Source of the DNA: Enoplolaimus lenunculus
Taxonomy: Eukaryota
DNA length: 64,000 bases
Direction: 5' to 3'
Assembly (NCBI GenBank): GCA_030248215.1
Contig: JASANG010001546.1
Span: 372,001-436,000, forward strand
A model generated the notes under the pieces. It was not told the origin of the DNA. It saw only the letters and a list, made by a program, of their open reading frames with translations, and ran no database searches. The position numbers and the translations under genes were made by a program. Below are positions 27,104-39,860 of this stretch, piece by piece. Positions within the stretch are counted from its first letter, which is position 1. Every line of letters starts with the position of its first letter.

Positions 27104-28194
27104 CATAAGACTCTGGAAAAATAATACAGGTTCAGCAATAAGTAGTGACACCGTGGTGGAAAACTGAATTCAGTTTGGAAATTTTGATCTTTAAAATTTG
27201 AACTGTTTGAGGAAGTTATCATTTGGTAAATTTATCAAAAAATTTTAAGAATTCAGTTTGCAAATTGAAATAAATGATTTTATAAATTTGTTAATTTGCC
27301 GGAATGGCTGGAAATTTCCTACCATCGAGGGGTCACTACATATAGTGGACCATGTATAAGTTCAGACGGTGCCCATATCCTTGATGGTTATTTTGACCGC
27401 AAGAAAAAGTTATCAACACGCAGGAGGGGACCCAACCGTTGGGGAAAAGGCCAAGATCCGGTGTTCCCCTTTCTGTCCACGAATCCAACATATTTTGTAT
27501 CCGAATATATACAGAATATAATTTTGTCGAATTAGCTAGAAATATACTAATTAGCAAATTAGAACTGGGACAGGCCGAATTATATAGTTTGCACGGTAGA
27601 ATAATAATGAGTCTAGGACGGGGAAAGTTTGTCTCAAAATTTCTATAAATGACCTTTAGCAAATTCTTGGAGTTGCTTACAAAATTTTACGTTAAGCACG
27701 ATTGTAGTAAAGATGGTGATTGGAGAATAAACGCCAAAAATGTAGAATTTAAATTGTTTTAAATTTCATTTGCTTCAGAGCGTCGCCACATATCTTTGTT
27801 GGTTAATTTTGTAACATTCACATATGTTCAGCGTATCAGGCCCATGTGAAGATAAGGGGCCAACCGCTTTTCTGTGGAACGGCAATTGAGTAAATTTAAG
27901 TAATTTCAATTAGACCAAGGTTAGTATGCCTGAGCGGTTAATTTGTAGTATATCAAATTTAGCCAGCGACTTAAGTATTTACTTAACTTAAGTACGCAAT
28001 TAAAAACGGCAAAATAGTTAAGCAATTACTTAGCCTGTACTTAAGTACTAACTCGTATTTTAGTACGGTTTCGGAAACCCACCCAATATTTCAAATTTGG
28101 TGTGCGACTTAAGTATTTACTTAACATAAATCAGCTTTTAAAAACGACAAAACGTTTAAGTAATAACTTAACGAGTACTTAAGTACCAAGTTTT

Positions 28195-28812
28195 GCAGTT
28201 GACCCCTCAAAATAAAAGGAGACGGCCAAAAACGCAACGCGCCGCGGCCGTTTTTATGCCCCACGTATTTCAGAAAGTGGCACACTCTTGTTCAAAGGGA
28301 CATCATCGACCCTTGGTTATACCAATAGTGAATGATCCCTTAAACAAGAGTATGCAAAACGCCTTGTTTTGCATGGAACTAAATCTACCAGCATTCGTTG
28401 CGTTTTGGTCCTACCCCCCTTGGGTACATTTTTTCTACATAGAATGTACCCAGTTGCATACTCTTGTTAAAGGGTATCATGCACTCTTGGTTATACCAAG
28501 AGTGGATGATTTTCACAAGAGTGTGCAACTGGGTACATTCTGGACACAAAACAATGTACCCAGCGCACGTTGTATTTTTGACCTAACCCCCGTTTGGGGG
28601 GGGGGTTACGTTGAACCAATATTTTGAATTTTAGCTAAAGTCGCTCCGATTATATTTTAACTCCTATATTTACTATGTAGATTAAGTGGGGACTACCCCC
28701 CAAATCAGGGGGGTCGAGCAAAAATGCAACGCGTGCTGGTACACTTTGTGCCATGCACTACCGCATCAGTTGCACACTCTTCTGCAAATGGGCATCATCC
28801 ACTCTTGGTTGT
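28195..28812. repeat. Cluster of three adjacent family G elements
   Basis: Repeated CAAGAGT(G/A)TGCAA, GTTGCA(C/T)ACTCTT and ATCATCCACTCTTGGT motifs. Confidence 0.7.
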
Positions 28813-29254
28813 ACTAAGGGCAAATTTCAACGAAATAACAAAATGTTCCTTTAAACCGATATGTGAAATACCCCCCAAAACTTGTCTTTAATGTAATATT
28901 CAAGTTTCTTGCTATTTCAGCTATTTTACACTAAACATCTGTTGTCCTAAGCTGTGTTTGTAAATACTTAACGGTCGTTTTCATTAATCAGTACCTGTTT
29001 TGCCTAAATTTTAAAAACTTTAGGCCAATTCTTAACTAATTATTCAGTGCCTAAATCACTTTAGACAACTTTAAAGGTTATAATACACTACGAATACCTG
29101 GTGACGGAGTTCTTTGACTCGTTTAAAATTTACTTGTAGTGTTTTTTTGCTGATAAGTTTAAAATTTTACTAACTTAAAACTGGTTCAAATGTTTTCGCA
29201 ACTATTTTCGAATAATTCTTAAGCAGCATCCATTTGGGCTTTTGTATCTTAGGC

Positions 29255-29582
29255 TTTGGTTACAGAAAAGATTTATCTTAGCCCAAACCAAGGTTCAAAC
29301 CTTTGCCAAATGTCATGAATTAAGCTTAAACCTGAGCGTAAAACGAAACCTAAGCCTGAGCCTGAACCTAAGCCAAAGCCAGAGCCTAAGCCCAAGCCTA
29401 AGACCAAGCCTAAGACCAAGCTCAAGCGTAAGACCAAGCCTAATCCTAAGCCTAAGCCTAAGACCAAGCCTAAGCCTAAGTGTAAGACCAAGTCTAAGCC
29501 TAAGACCAAGCCTAAGCCTAAGACCAAGCCTAAGCCTAAGCCTAAGCATGAGCCTTTGTCTGAGCCTAAGCGTAATTCTAAT
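29255..29582. repeat. Degenerate interstitial telomeric tract (GCCTAA/GACCAA)n
   Basis: Long run of AGCCTA and AGACCA hexamers. Confidence 0.9.
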
Positions 29583-30321
29583 CCTTGTGATCTGTTTTCA
29601 ACAAAGTATTTTTTGTTAGAAATTTTATTTCTGATGTTGCAGAAGACCGCTTCCTAGCGAATATCGCCAACTAACAGTTCCATCGTGGGCAATGCTTAGA
29701 GTTTCCCGGTTCCTCCAAGCCTAAACTTCGAACTATTCAGGTTAAAATAAGTAAATAAGCTTGTTGTATAGCACAAATTATGATATTAGTCAAATCGAAG
29801 CGTTTCTATATAAGCGCCAGAGAAGAAATGTTCGCAATCGAAGCGAGCGAAAAGCCAGACGTATTTTTTTTCTATTCAAACTTCATACAATTAAATTTTC
29901 AAAAAATGTGAATTAATAAAACGTGGTTTTTACTTGAACATTGGTGCGTTTTAAGCCTCTGCCATAAGCGGGTGCCATCAAAGGCGGTAAAAACACGGTT
30001 TCGCGCCCATTTTGGTATCCACATATATCGAGTTTTCGCTATTTTGGTAACATTAGCTAAAGCGAAGCTGGTATTAGTAAATTTTCTCGCAAGTTAATTA
30101 ATTTTCTACGGTACAAGTCTCTAAACGGGCTTTAATGTCATTGTCCACAGGCAAAAACAAACCGAATTGTCGTATAAATGTACAGTGGAACACAGCTTTG
30201 TATGCGGTTTTTTTTATTATTTAAGTCTTGTATTTGAATTTTTGTTATTTTTGAAGATTGCCTAAGTCTAAGCCTAAGCATTAAACTAAGCCTATATTTA
30301 AAACTAAGCCTACGCGTAAAC

Positions 30322-30473
30322 GGCCCCATGTAAATATCAGAAGCGGAACGTTTTTCTGCGGGACTGTAATAGAGTAAGCTTAACCTTTAGACTTATTTTT
30401 TGGCTCGGCTTAGGTTTAGGCTTAGGCTTAAGCTTACGCTTACGCTTAAATATGCTTATAATACTGTTCCGCC
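30322..30473 (+). mobile_element. Family A MITE inserted within a GCCTAA tract (~30260-30540)
   Basis: Left TIR, TTAGGC tract and partial right TIR; flanking telomeric-like repeats are in the opposite orientation. Confidence 0.7.
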
Positions 30474-31852
30474 AGCCTAAAAGTAAGCCTAAGCCGGAAC
30501 CTAAGCTTAATTCAAAGTTTAAGGCTAAACCCGGAGCCTAACCATTAAAAGCTCTAACGGTTTCAGTGTTCGTGTCTCCCTGTGGGTAGGGCCCTAGATT
30601 AAAATGGACCGAAAAATACATAGGTAGCTTAAGCGACCCATGAGGATCATTGAGTATCGGGGCAGGCAGGGGAACAATGGACACAGATGCGCCCAAACTC
30701 GGCCCGTGCACCTCAGATTGGCGTTGCAATATATAGCAGTGTAAAAATTGTCATACTTACACGTACCCTTATAGAATTACTTGGTGACACCCTCCAGTTT
30801 AATTTTTACGAGCATTGTTCAACTAATGACCTGACTTAGGCTTAGGATTAGGCATATGCTCAGACTTGGGATTTTGTCTTAGACACGCGTATATGGATAA
30901 TGTTTCTCTCAACAATGCAACTTACCCAGCCCGTTTTGCGTTTTGGACTTTTACTCCCCTCAGGTATGGGGGTTTAAATTTTACGGTACCAGTGATTTTA
31001 TGTGATGCTTTGGATCAGCTAAATTGCTCTTCTTATTATTCTAACAAAACCGTAGTTTATTTATTGAAATGTTACATGCATTGAAAATTACACCTACCCG
31101 ACCAAACCCAATAGTGATATCGGTAGGGCATAAAACACAACGCGCTGTGGTACATTTTGTGTATAATGCAAAATCCCGCTGTAGTTGCATACTCTTGTCT
31201 CACAGTCATTATCGAGTCTTGATTGAACGAAGTATATTTTGACCAAATGAAAATAATTTCTACCTTATATCAGGTCGGACCAGTGAAAGTAACTCGGCGA
31301 AGAAATATCAGAAAATACCTAACCCTACTAGGCAATGAGCAACAATTACTAATTTGGTATAGAATAGGTTTTAGAGGGGGGTTAATATCAAATTTACTAC
31401 TTCAAAATGTACATAATACCGGAAACGGGTAAAAACAAATCAAAAAAATTAAGTTTGATGTCAAATATACCTCCGTGACTGAATCAAATTATTAGCTAAA
31501 CGTTCGTGTGCTGAATAAATACTTTTTCGTCATTTAACGCAAGCCAATACGCGTCTGTGTTTAGCTTGGAACCGCGCGGACTTAGCGAAACCATAATATC
31601 ACTTGATAGACTAATATATCATTTACTTTTGTGTATTATTGCTGTAATTTTCTCGTTTATTTATATAAACTTGGAACCATAAAAAGATTTTGGCTGGAAA
31701 TACTTACACATAATTGCATAATTGTTTGATTTGGCATAAATTAATACATGAAATGCATCAGGTTGAGCAGTTTGGCAAATATAACAGCCCAAATTGTTGT
31801 ATTGTCAAATTTTCGGGTTACAAATTAGCAATTAAGCACGTATAACCTGTTC

Positions 31853-32240
31853 TGCTTTCTAAAAACTTAAACTTAAATTATAGCCTAACTAAACTTGAAT
31901 ATCAGTTTAAGTAAAACTTAAATGGCTTGACGGACTAACTAAACTAGAATTTTAAGGTTTACTTAAATTAACGTGTTTTTAAGTTTAACACGAGATTAAG
32001 TAAACTTATTTTTAGATTAAGTAACAAGTGCAGTCGTGTATCTAAGAGTTCAGTAAGTTTAGCTTTAACTGGTAATATGCAAGATTTTAAATCCGTTTAA
32101 GCGTAAACCTACCTGTTTAGTTTAGTTAATCTGAAAAGTTAGTTTAATACTGGAGGATTAGGTTATGCTTAAATCAAGTTAGTTTAATACTGGAGGATTA
32201 GGTTAAGCTTAAATCAAGTTAGTTTAAGCTTTTAGAGAGC
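31853..32240 (+). mobile_element. AT-rich MITE (CTCTCTAAAA...TTTTAGAGAG)
   Basis: Similar along its full length to 49477-49832. Confidence 0.75.
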
Positions 32241-32550
32241 GGTGCTTGTTTCTGATTCGCACCTTCACACGAGTGATAATTTTTAATAAATAAAATACGT
32301 TCTTTCCCATTCCAGCGTATTTGTAGAGCAGTGTGGTATGGGCACGGACTGGTTACTTTTAGTACAAGTAAAACATGCCCCATAGCCACATTACTCTATA
32401 AATGTGGGAAGATACTTTTCGTGGGTGGGAAATAAATAATTACCATTCTGGTACTGTCGTATAGGAAATACATGGATTATCCACTAATATTTATCATAAG
32501 ATGTATTCCGTACCACTTAGCGGAAAGGTGTAAAGTGTCACAAACGGTTT

Positions 32551-33025
32551 TGCAACATCTAGGTTATACTACGCTCGCGAATGCCAAAAATATGTCCATG
32601 TTATTTATTGTAAAATAGCAATAAAATTACAGCTATTTTTTGCACTAAGTGATTATTTATTTAAATTTGCGCGCTAAAATTTGAATTTGCTGCCAAAATT
32701 TAAATTTTCCAGCCAGAATTTGAGTTTTACTGCAACATTTGAATTTTTCCATAAAAATTTAATTTCGGGGCTAAAATTTGAAAAATCAACAAAAAATATT
32801 AAACAACTGCAGTTTCTGAGCATTGACTGCACAATTTGTGCTCTATTTTATAAGGGTGATGATTTTCCGTACTAATTTTGCTCGGTCGGTTTATTTTGTG
32901 GGTCATTTGTATAGCTAGCTAACATCCTGGACATTATTTTTAGAGAGCGTTCGTAAATTAGCTACGTTTCAAACTGGTCGTACCTTTTGTGACATTGGCG
33001 AGCGCAGTATAACCTGGACAGCGCA
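32551..33025 (+). mobile_element. Long-TIR MITE, short version of 60533-61437
   Basis: ~45-bp TIRs (..AGGTTATACT.CGCTCGC.AATG..); few AAATTTGAATTT units. Confidence 0.8.
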
Positions 33026-33310
33026 TTACTTTTTTCGGCATAAGTCTGAGTCCAAAGCTTATGTCTAAGCGTAATCTGAAGCATTAATTTGTGCCAAAAT
33101 CTCAATTTCCCTAGGCTTAAATGTAGGCTTACGCTTAACTTTGTGACGGAAGTGTACGAGTATTCATAGTTTCTTATTGTCTGGAGAAAAATACTTATTT
33201 TAGGATATGTTTTAGTTATACAAACTTAAAACAATAATGTGTCTATAAACCCCATAAGAAATGATTTCAGTTCTACTCCATGACCTAACATTAATAAACT
33301 TCCCCAGTTC

Positions 33311-34112
33311 ATGACTATTAAAATTCCTATCAACACATCGTTCCGAAGCCAAATTATTTTCACTAAACAACAGATTCAACGCTTCGTCAGCGTTGGTTTT
33401 AATTTAAGCCTAAACCTAAGCCTAAACCTTGTGCGTCAAACGAATGCAGTAACACTGATACGGATTTGGATACAATTGTTCAATCTTATGGTGTGCGCTG
33501 TGCCTTTAGAGTCTGGCCTTATGCTATCAAATGTTTCGAAACGGGCTGAAATTTTAGTGTCTACTGCCACGATTTCACTAAGCTCTATTAAAACTAACAT
33601 TTCTAACTTAGAACGAAAAAATAGAAATTTAGATAACTTGACCGCAGGCACGTTGGACAAAGAACCAAACAAATCTAATCCTAAACTGGTTAATGAGTTT
33701 CAATCGTCAATTCAACTTGAACAATTTCAAAATCGTATCCAGACCAACAGTTTGGACCAATCGTCGAACAGTATTTTATCCGGCTTCAGAACTTTTCAAA
33801 ACGCTACAAATAATAGCAAAATTTGGTCAAAATCCAGCATTATTCGTTCGGCGGACACCGCTGTCCAGGATAATAATTTGCCATCTCAAAGTCCAGATTT
33901 CGCTAAGCGAAATCCAGATATTATTAGCTATGTGACCCCTCGAGAAACGTCAATATTAAGTTCCGGTTCGTTAAGACGACGTTCAACTGCATTGAGCAGC
34001 GGCGGATATAATGGCGTATCCGGTGGCAAAAGTCGAAAACTTGGCAAGTCCACCGTCAACTTTGACCGGTTCCCACAACTGCTTCCAATGCCAAATCCTG
34101 ATGATTATCGTG
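33311..34112 (+). CDS. Candidate alternative first coding exon 1b (Ser/Asn-rich, 267 aa) of the ODR-2-like gene
   Basis: Longest ORF in the window and mostly non-repetitive; hydrophobic AVTLIRIWIQLFNLMVCA; phase-1 donor G|GTAAGT at 34113 gives ...PDDYR-D-TTKCYSC. Confidence 0.6.
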
Positions 34113-34199
34113 GTAAGTTTTCATCGAGCGAATTTTAATATGGCACGGATCATTGATCTGCGTTAGTGGTCTGGAAACAATTTTTATTTAAATATCAAA

Positions 34200-34395
34200 A
34201 ATATGAATAAAAATAAATAAGTAAATAAATAAGTAAATAAATGAATAAATGAATAAATGAATAAAAAATAAATGAATGAATGACTAAATAACTAAATTAA
34301 TAAACAAATAAATCAATAAATAAATGAATAAATGACTAAATAAATGAATGAATAAATAAATAAATATATATATAAATAAATAAATAAATAAATAA
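34200..34395. repeat. (TAAA/TGAA)n microsatellite
   Basis: Directly visible. Confidence 0.9.
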
Positions 34396-34701
34396 GAGGT
34401 ATATTAATTAAAATAATTGAAAAAAGTACATACTTAAAAATAGTATAACAGTTATTATCGCTGCCGTCTTGTAATTCTGGTAAAAACACACTACTTGGCC
34501 TGCATATTTTTAGCTTGGACAATGTTCCACGTACAAAACAAATACTTTATTTAATATTAAAACACGTTTGCTTAATCCTGAGGACAAATTCGTTATGGAC
34601 TCTTTTAAGTTTTTTATATCAAAATATAAAATAGAAGTTTGCAGATAAAATTAAATGTATAATAGTGACAATGTGACATCATTTAGCAATATTTTTAATT
34701 T

Positions 34702-34840
34702 TTAGGGTTACGGTACACCCTTTGATGACGTTCGGCGCCGTCCGTCACCCCCACGGTACCGTCTGGCGCTGTCCGTCACCGCGGACGGCGCCGTACGGGT
34801 GACCTACGGCGCCGTACGTCATGTATAGCGCTAACCTTAT
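34702..34840. repeat. GC-rich palindromic MITE-like element (ACGGCGCCGT repeats)
   Basis: Ends TAGGGTTACGGTACAC / GTATAGCGCTAACCTTA; internal palindromes. Confidence 0.55.
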
Positions 34841-35082
34841 GCGTATAATAATTGGTTTGATAGTCCAGGTGCAATGCGGACGCACCCCGTTGCAACAAAG
34901 CACCCGATGCATTGGCAAGTAAATCAATATTTGCTCTCAAGCCGTCTTGAGGCATAATTAACTGTGTTCCCTGAGTGCTCTTGTTTGAAATATGATACAT
35001 GCGTTCATATGGGCGTTGTAGCAATTGACTTTGCTGATTCAGTTGAATATTTTGTCGACGTAAATGAGGCGTTCTTTTTGTG

Positions 35083-35279
35083 GACCCATGTAAAGATCAC
35101 GGGCGAAACGTTTTTCTGTGAGACTGAAATAGAGTTAAAGTTCAAGCTTTAGACTAATTTTTTTGCTTGGCTTAGGCTTAGGCTTAGGCTTAGGTACATG
35201 CTCATTCTTACGCTTAGAATTAGACTTAGGCTTAGGAATATGCTATAATACTGTTTCGCCCCTGTTGTTTACATTGGCC
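35083..35279 (+). mobile_element. Family A MITE
   Basis: Both TIRs present; flanks TTTTTGTG / ATTTTGTG. Confidence 0.85.
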
Positions 35280-37451
35280 ATTTTGTGTAACGTTCACGCT
35301 GGTTATATATCAAATATAACCAGTAGGTGTTGTCTGAATTTCGTTTCAGGAATGTATAACCTAAAGAAACTGTTAGTTTAGGACGATAGCGAACCAGAAA
35401 AATATTTTGTTACCTGTATTGATACAGACGGTTGTTCTAAAGCAAAATCAGCTTGTTGTGTGGCGGCTTGAACCTTTCTAGCGATAATTATATCAACTCT
35501 AAACAATTCCTTTGTATAAGTTGCTGGCTGCAACAATCAACATCTGTAGTGTCGTTTGTAGTGGGGATTGAAATTGTAATATGAAAAAAAACATTTTAGA
35601 CGTGGATATTTTTGTCAAATATTCAATTTTTACCGCATTGCGCAGTACAAACCTAATTTACTTAAATTCACAAAAAAAAGCAAATTTATACTGGAATTTC
35701 AATAGAAAATTTTATAATTCGGTTTTTGTTGCAAAATCATTCAAGGACCAAAGCTAAAATTTGAAGCGTCATATTTAAACATTTTGAAGCTTTATTCTTA
35801 ACTCTGTTATATTAAAACTTTTGCACACCAGATGGACGTCTTTGAGTGCGCTGTTGTTCGTTTTCGTATTTTGACTAAATGCAAATATTTGCATTTCGCT
35901 GACGGCAACCAAACGGGGACACCTGTATATGATCCCCCTGTCAATTTCGGAACCAACAAACGCGATTAATTTCGCGCACAAGGTTATCTTAAGATTTCGT
36001 TTTTGACCAACAAATTATTTGCCTGTTTCGTACTAGCAAACCATACGCTTTAGGGGCGTAGCCTGCTTTTCATTTCGGAAAGGAATAACCTCACATTTAA
36101 GCTTTGATGTCTAGAATTTAGTTAACGGTTATTCTAAACCGGGTTAAATGTAGTTTATCCTGGTTGTCTAAGGAAGGAAATATATCCCGAATCCGTACCC
36201 AGGTATTCCGCCATGAGTTCCAAACGCCGGGAACGAAAGGGTAACAGCAAAGGAACCAGGTAATGTGATATCATAGATCTTTTTTTAAACTTGCTTTTGG
36301 TGGCTTTCAACGTTTACATACATATATACATACATACATATATTCAGATTGACTCAAAAAGCGGCGTTTCACAATGCGGGTGCTGTTTGAACTGAAAAGT
36401 ATGGCTAAGTTGGGCCAAATATTAATCATTTATTAAACCGAAACTACTTTTTGCGATCTGATCTCATTGCGTCTGACCAATGAAAATAGTCATTTGTGAG
36501 TTTAACGTTTGAACCAGGTATTTTTTCAATCAATTGATATTATTTTCAGATATATTTTTGGTTTCTTAAAAACCTCAGTTTGGACTGCGTGGGGGTTACT
36601 TTTTTAGTTGCTAGTTTAGGGGGTCTAACCGGTTGCAGGTAGAAGGGTTCTGGATTTGTCAGTGTCGCAGCACGCAAGGGTGGGATTTTAAAAAAATTCC
36701 AGGGTGGGGATCCCGTCCGATGAACAAAATTTTCAAATTTTTTGTTTCAAATCTTCTTTAAGGTGGGGGTGTCTCTTTGGAATGGGATGCCGTCAAATGG
36801 GAAGGCGGGTACGGGAGATGGCTGCTTCGACCCTGGGTTTTGATTAACTTCAAAAGTTGGAATTAGAAATTGAATGTTATTTGCTGTCTGACTTTTAAAT
36901 TTATGACATCACTGGAGTGCCCAGAGTTTAAGGACTCCACCGCCGAAAAAAATCAATGTGAGAGAGGTCGAAATAAACAAACGATGAAGATTTTTCTATG
37001 TTTATACTCGTGTGGTTATCCTGAAAAATCACATAGCTAATTTAGGTATTTCAACCCAAACTAAAAATTTACCAAAATTCGTACGTTTACATTTTGAGAT
37101 GGGGACGTCTGGGTGTTCGGTTATCCCGATTTTGGGGGGGGCTCAGCGTGGCACTACATCATCATATTTTGGACCCAAATTACCCAATAACGTGCGGAAT
37201 AAGTGATCCGTAAATACTGTAGAATCACTATCTTAAGAATTGGGGGGACGTGCGTATTTTAGTAACTTTTTTGCCTTGTTTAACCTGATCATTAATTATA
37301 TTTGAATGTTTCCAGTTGAAACTTTGTTTGCAACATCAATTGAATTTCGCTTCATGTGAACGTAAGGAGTTGAGTTGGGTTTATGACTGCTGTAATGTTT
37401 TTTGAATCAATCGTTCGATGTTTATTGATATCAAGAGCGGATGATTACACT

Positions 37452-37869
37452 CAATGGCGGATCCGTGGGGGGCCACCCTGGCCGTGCCGCCCAACAGCAT
37501 CTCAACATAAATTATATAGAGGGTCAATTGCTGTCCGACGATGTTCCGAAAATAGCAGGCAGTTCTAACTCATTCATAAACAGAATTGCTGAAGCTGACT
37601 GGATTTTGCTTTTTCAAAATTGAATTGGCTTCCAAATCCGAGCCTTTAAAATTGTGCCTGTTTGAAACCGAATCCGAACTTATGTTGCCACCCTGTTGTT
37701 TAGATCTAAATTGTGTGGATGCGTTAGTTTTATTTGTGAATCATCTCAATTGAACGAACGTAAAAAGTGTATTTTATGGCAATAGTTCGTGGTTTGTGTG
37801 TCGGTCAAAAATAACTTTATTACCTGCGAAATTTTGGCCCCCCGTTGTGAGATCCTAGATCCGCCACTG
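37452..37869. mobile_element. hAT-like MITE (CAGTGGCGGATC ends)
   Basis: CAATGGCGGATCC / AGATCCGCCACTG with perfect TSD ATTACACT. Confidence 0.8.
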
Positions 37870-37873
37870 ATTA

Positions 37874-38082
37874 CACTGCCAAAAATGGTGCGTCAAATTG
37901 ACTCTCTACGAAATAGCTTCTACGGGACTACACAAACTAAGTCAAATTCGACTCCGCCAGAGTCCTACCTGCGATTAAGTGAGTCGAATTTGACTCTGGT
38001 ATAGTCGAAGTTGACTCAGTTTGTGTAGTCCCGTGAAGTCTATTTAAGAGCCAGTCAATTTGACTCACCACTGTTTGCAGTG
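37874..38082. mobile_element. CACTG MITE, family E
   Basis: TA-CACTGCCAAAAATGGTG ... CACCACTGTTTGCAGTG-TA. Confidence 0.8.
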
Positions 38083-38414
38083 TACTCTTTTAACAAAGGT
38101 GTGCAACTGAGAGTACATTTTGTGTACAAAACAATGTATCCAGCGCATGTTGCGTTTTTGACTTAACCCCCTTATTTAGTGGGGTTATGATAATTGCATA
38201 GAGAAACAACATAATATGCATATAGAATGAAGGACACCATTTAAATTCTTGAAGATATGTCAGTTGTTCTTCATATGCTTCGGCTGTGTTACATGTCATA
38301 TCGGGCTCTTGCCTAAGGGGGTACGGCCAAAACGCAACGAGTATACTGGTACATTTTTGTATTATGCACAAGCTAGTAAGTTGTATATTCTTGTCTAAGA
38401 GTGATCATCCGCTG

Positions 38415-38530
38415 GGCCCGTGTTACTTTAAGGGACGTCCAGGTTTCGGGTGCTTCTATAAAAGAGTAGGTTTAGATTTTAGATTACATTTTTTACATAG
38501 GCTTAGGCTTAAGCTTAGGAATACGCCCAA
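38415..38530 (+). mobile_element. Family B MITE, truncated, abutting a family G element (~38090-38413)
   Basis: Left TIR and body present, right TIR absent. Confidence 0.7.
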
Positions 38531-39658
38531 TTAGATTCATCTAATTAAGTTGCAGCGTTAAATTTTTTGTCCAAATATAAATTAAGCGCAGATGCATACA
38601 TAATAGCGTGAAGAAACTATTATAACACAATGTTTGCAATCCCTTCGAAGGGACTCACGACAAAACAATTTTCTATCCAGGGCATACGGACGTATTCATT
38701 GCTATGCATACGGCATGTTAATTGTCTTAATAGTTTCAGGACAATATCTTTTTCTTGATTTACCTCTGAATCGTTTATTGCTATCTAATTGTCTTCAAAA
38801 CTCAACAACTCAAATATATAATTCTGTGTTTGCTGATGCATAAAATATTGACTATTTTAAGTCCATCTGATCAGACTGCAGGTAATAAAGGTAAACTTTA
38901 GCCTGAGCAGCTTGAAAGTCTGTGTCAAGCTTGTTTTGTTATAAAGCGACAAACCAAATCCACGTATTAGGTTCGAATAGGTTTACGGCACAATTCATTG
39001 CCAGAATCACATTTTCTCAAGTGTATGCACCTGAGGCGTAACCATGATTTTCATTTCTGGACACGATAACCAGGTTTAAACGTTTTTACAAACGTGAACC
39101 AGTTTTGACCAATACAGACAATTTACCAGTCTGTAAAAGTGTATTTTTCGAAGTTTTGAAGAAATTTTGGGAAGATATATCCTTTCTATATCCTTCCGTG
39201 GGTGCGTCACTGAGATACAAATAGGTGTAGTCGGATACGGAACGTTCTGTCCGGCAAATCCTAGTTTAGCTTTTATAAATTTTTGTGGATTGGCAGATAC
39301 AGTTCAATCGTGGCGGTGCACAAACGATGTTGGTTTGCATATTTTATTAAACCGAAATTCATAAACTGTCGCTCACCCCCGTGTCGGTGCGTGTCACAAT
39401 GACAGGTTTTAGATGATCAAAGATGATTGGATATTTTTGCAATAAGCAAATTCGTCAATTTATTTCCCGTTTGGCCTATGACCATCGTTGATTGTCGCGT
39501 TCATTTCGTAGCTTGAAATAAGATATCAAAATTCCATCGCTTGAAATGTGAATGAAAACATCTCATGAACGCAGATGCATTCCGTTATACTCAATGGCCG
39601 GCTCGCGAAACGCTAAAATTTAGTACAAATTCCACCAAATAGATTTTGCTTATATTTT

Positions 39659-39860
39659 GGCCCATGTAAACATCAGGGGCGGCACGTTTGTTTTGTGCGA
39701 CTGCAATATAATAAGCTTAAGCTTTAGACGCATTTTTTGCTTGGCTTAGGCTTAGGCTTAGGCTTAGGCTTACGAATAAACTCTTTCTTACGCTTAGGCT
39801 TAGGCTTAGGCTTAGGAATAAGCTTAAAATACTATTCCGCCCATGTTCTTTACATTGGCC
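39659..39860 (+). mobile_element. Family A MITE
   Basis: Both TIRs present; flanks TATATTTT / TGTATTTT. Confidence 0.85.

Noticed and set aside
28193..28627. 144-aa ORF
   Set aside because: Lies entirely within family G repeats and has no transposase motifs
29242..29619. ORFs rich in SLSL, LRLR or LGLG (also at 1586-1995, 7848, 35163, 39717, 57373)
   Set aside because: Translations of TTAGGC/GCCTAA repeats, not genes
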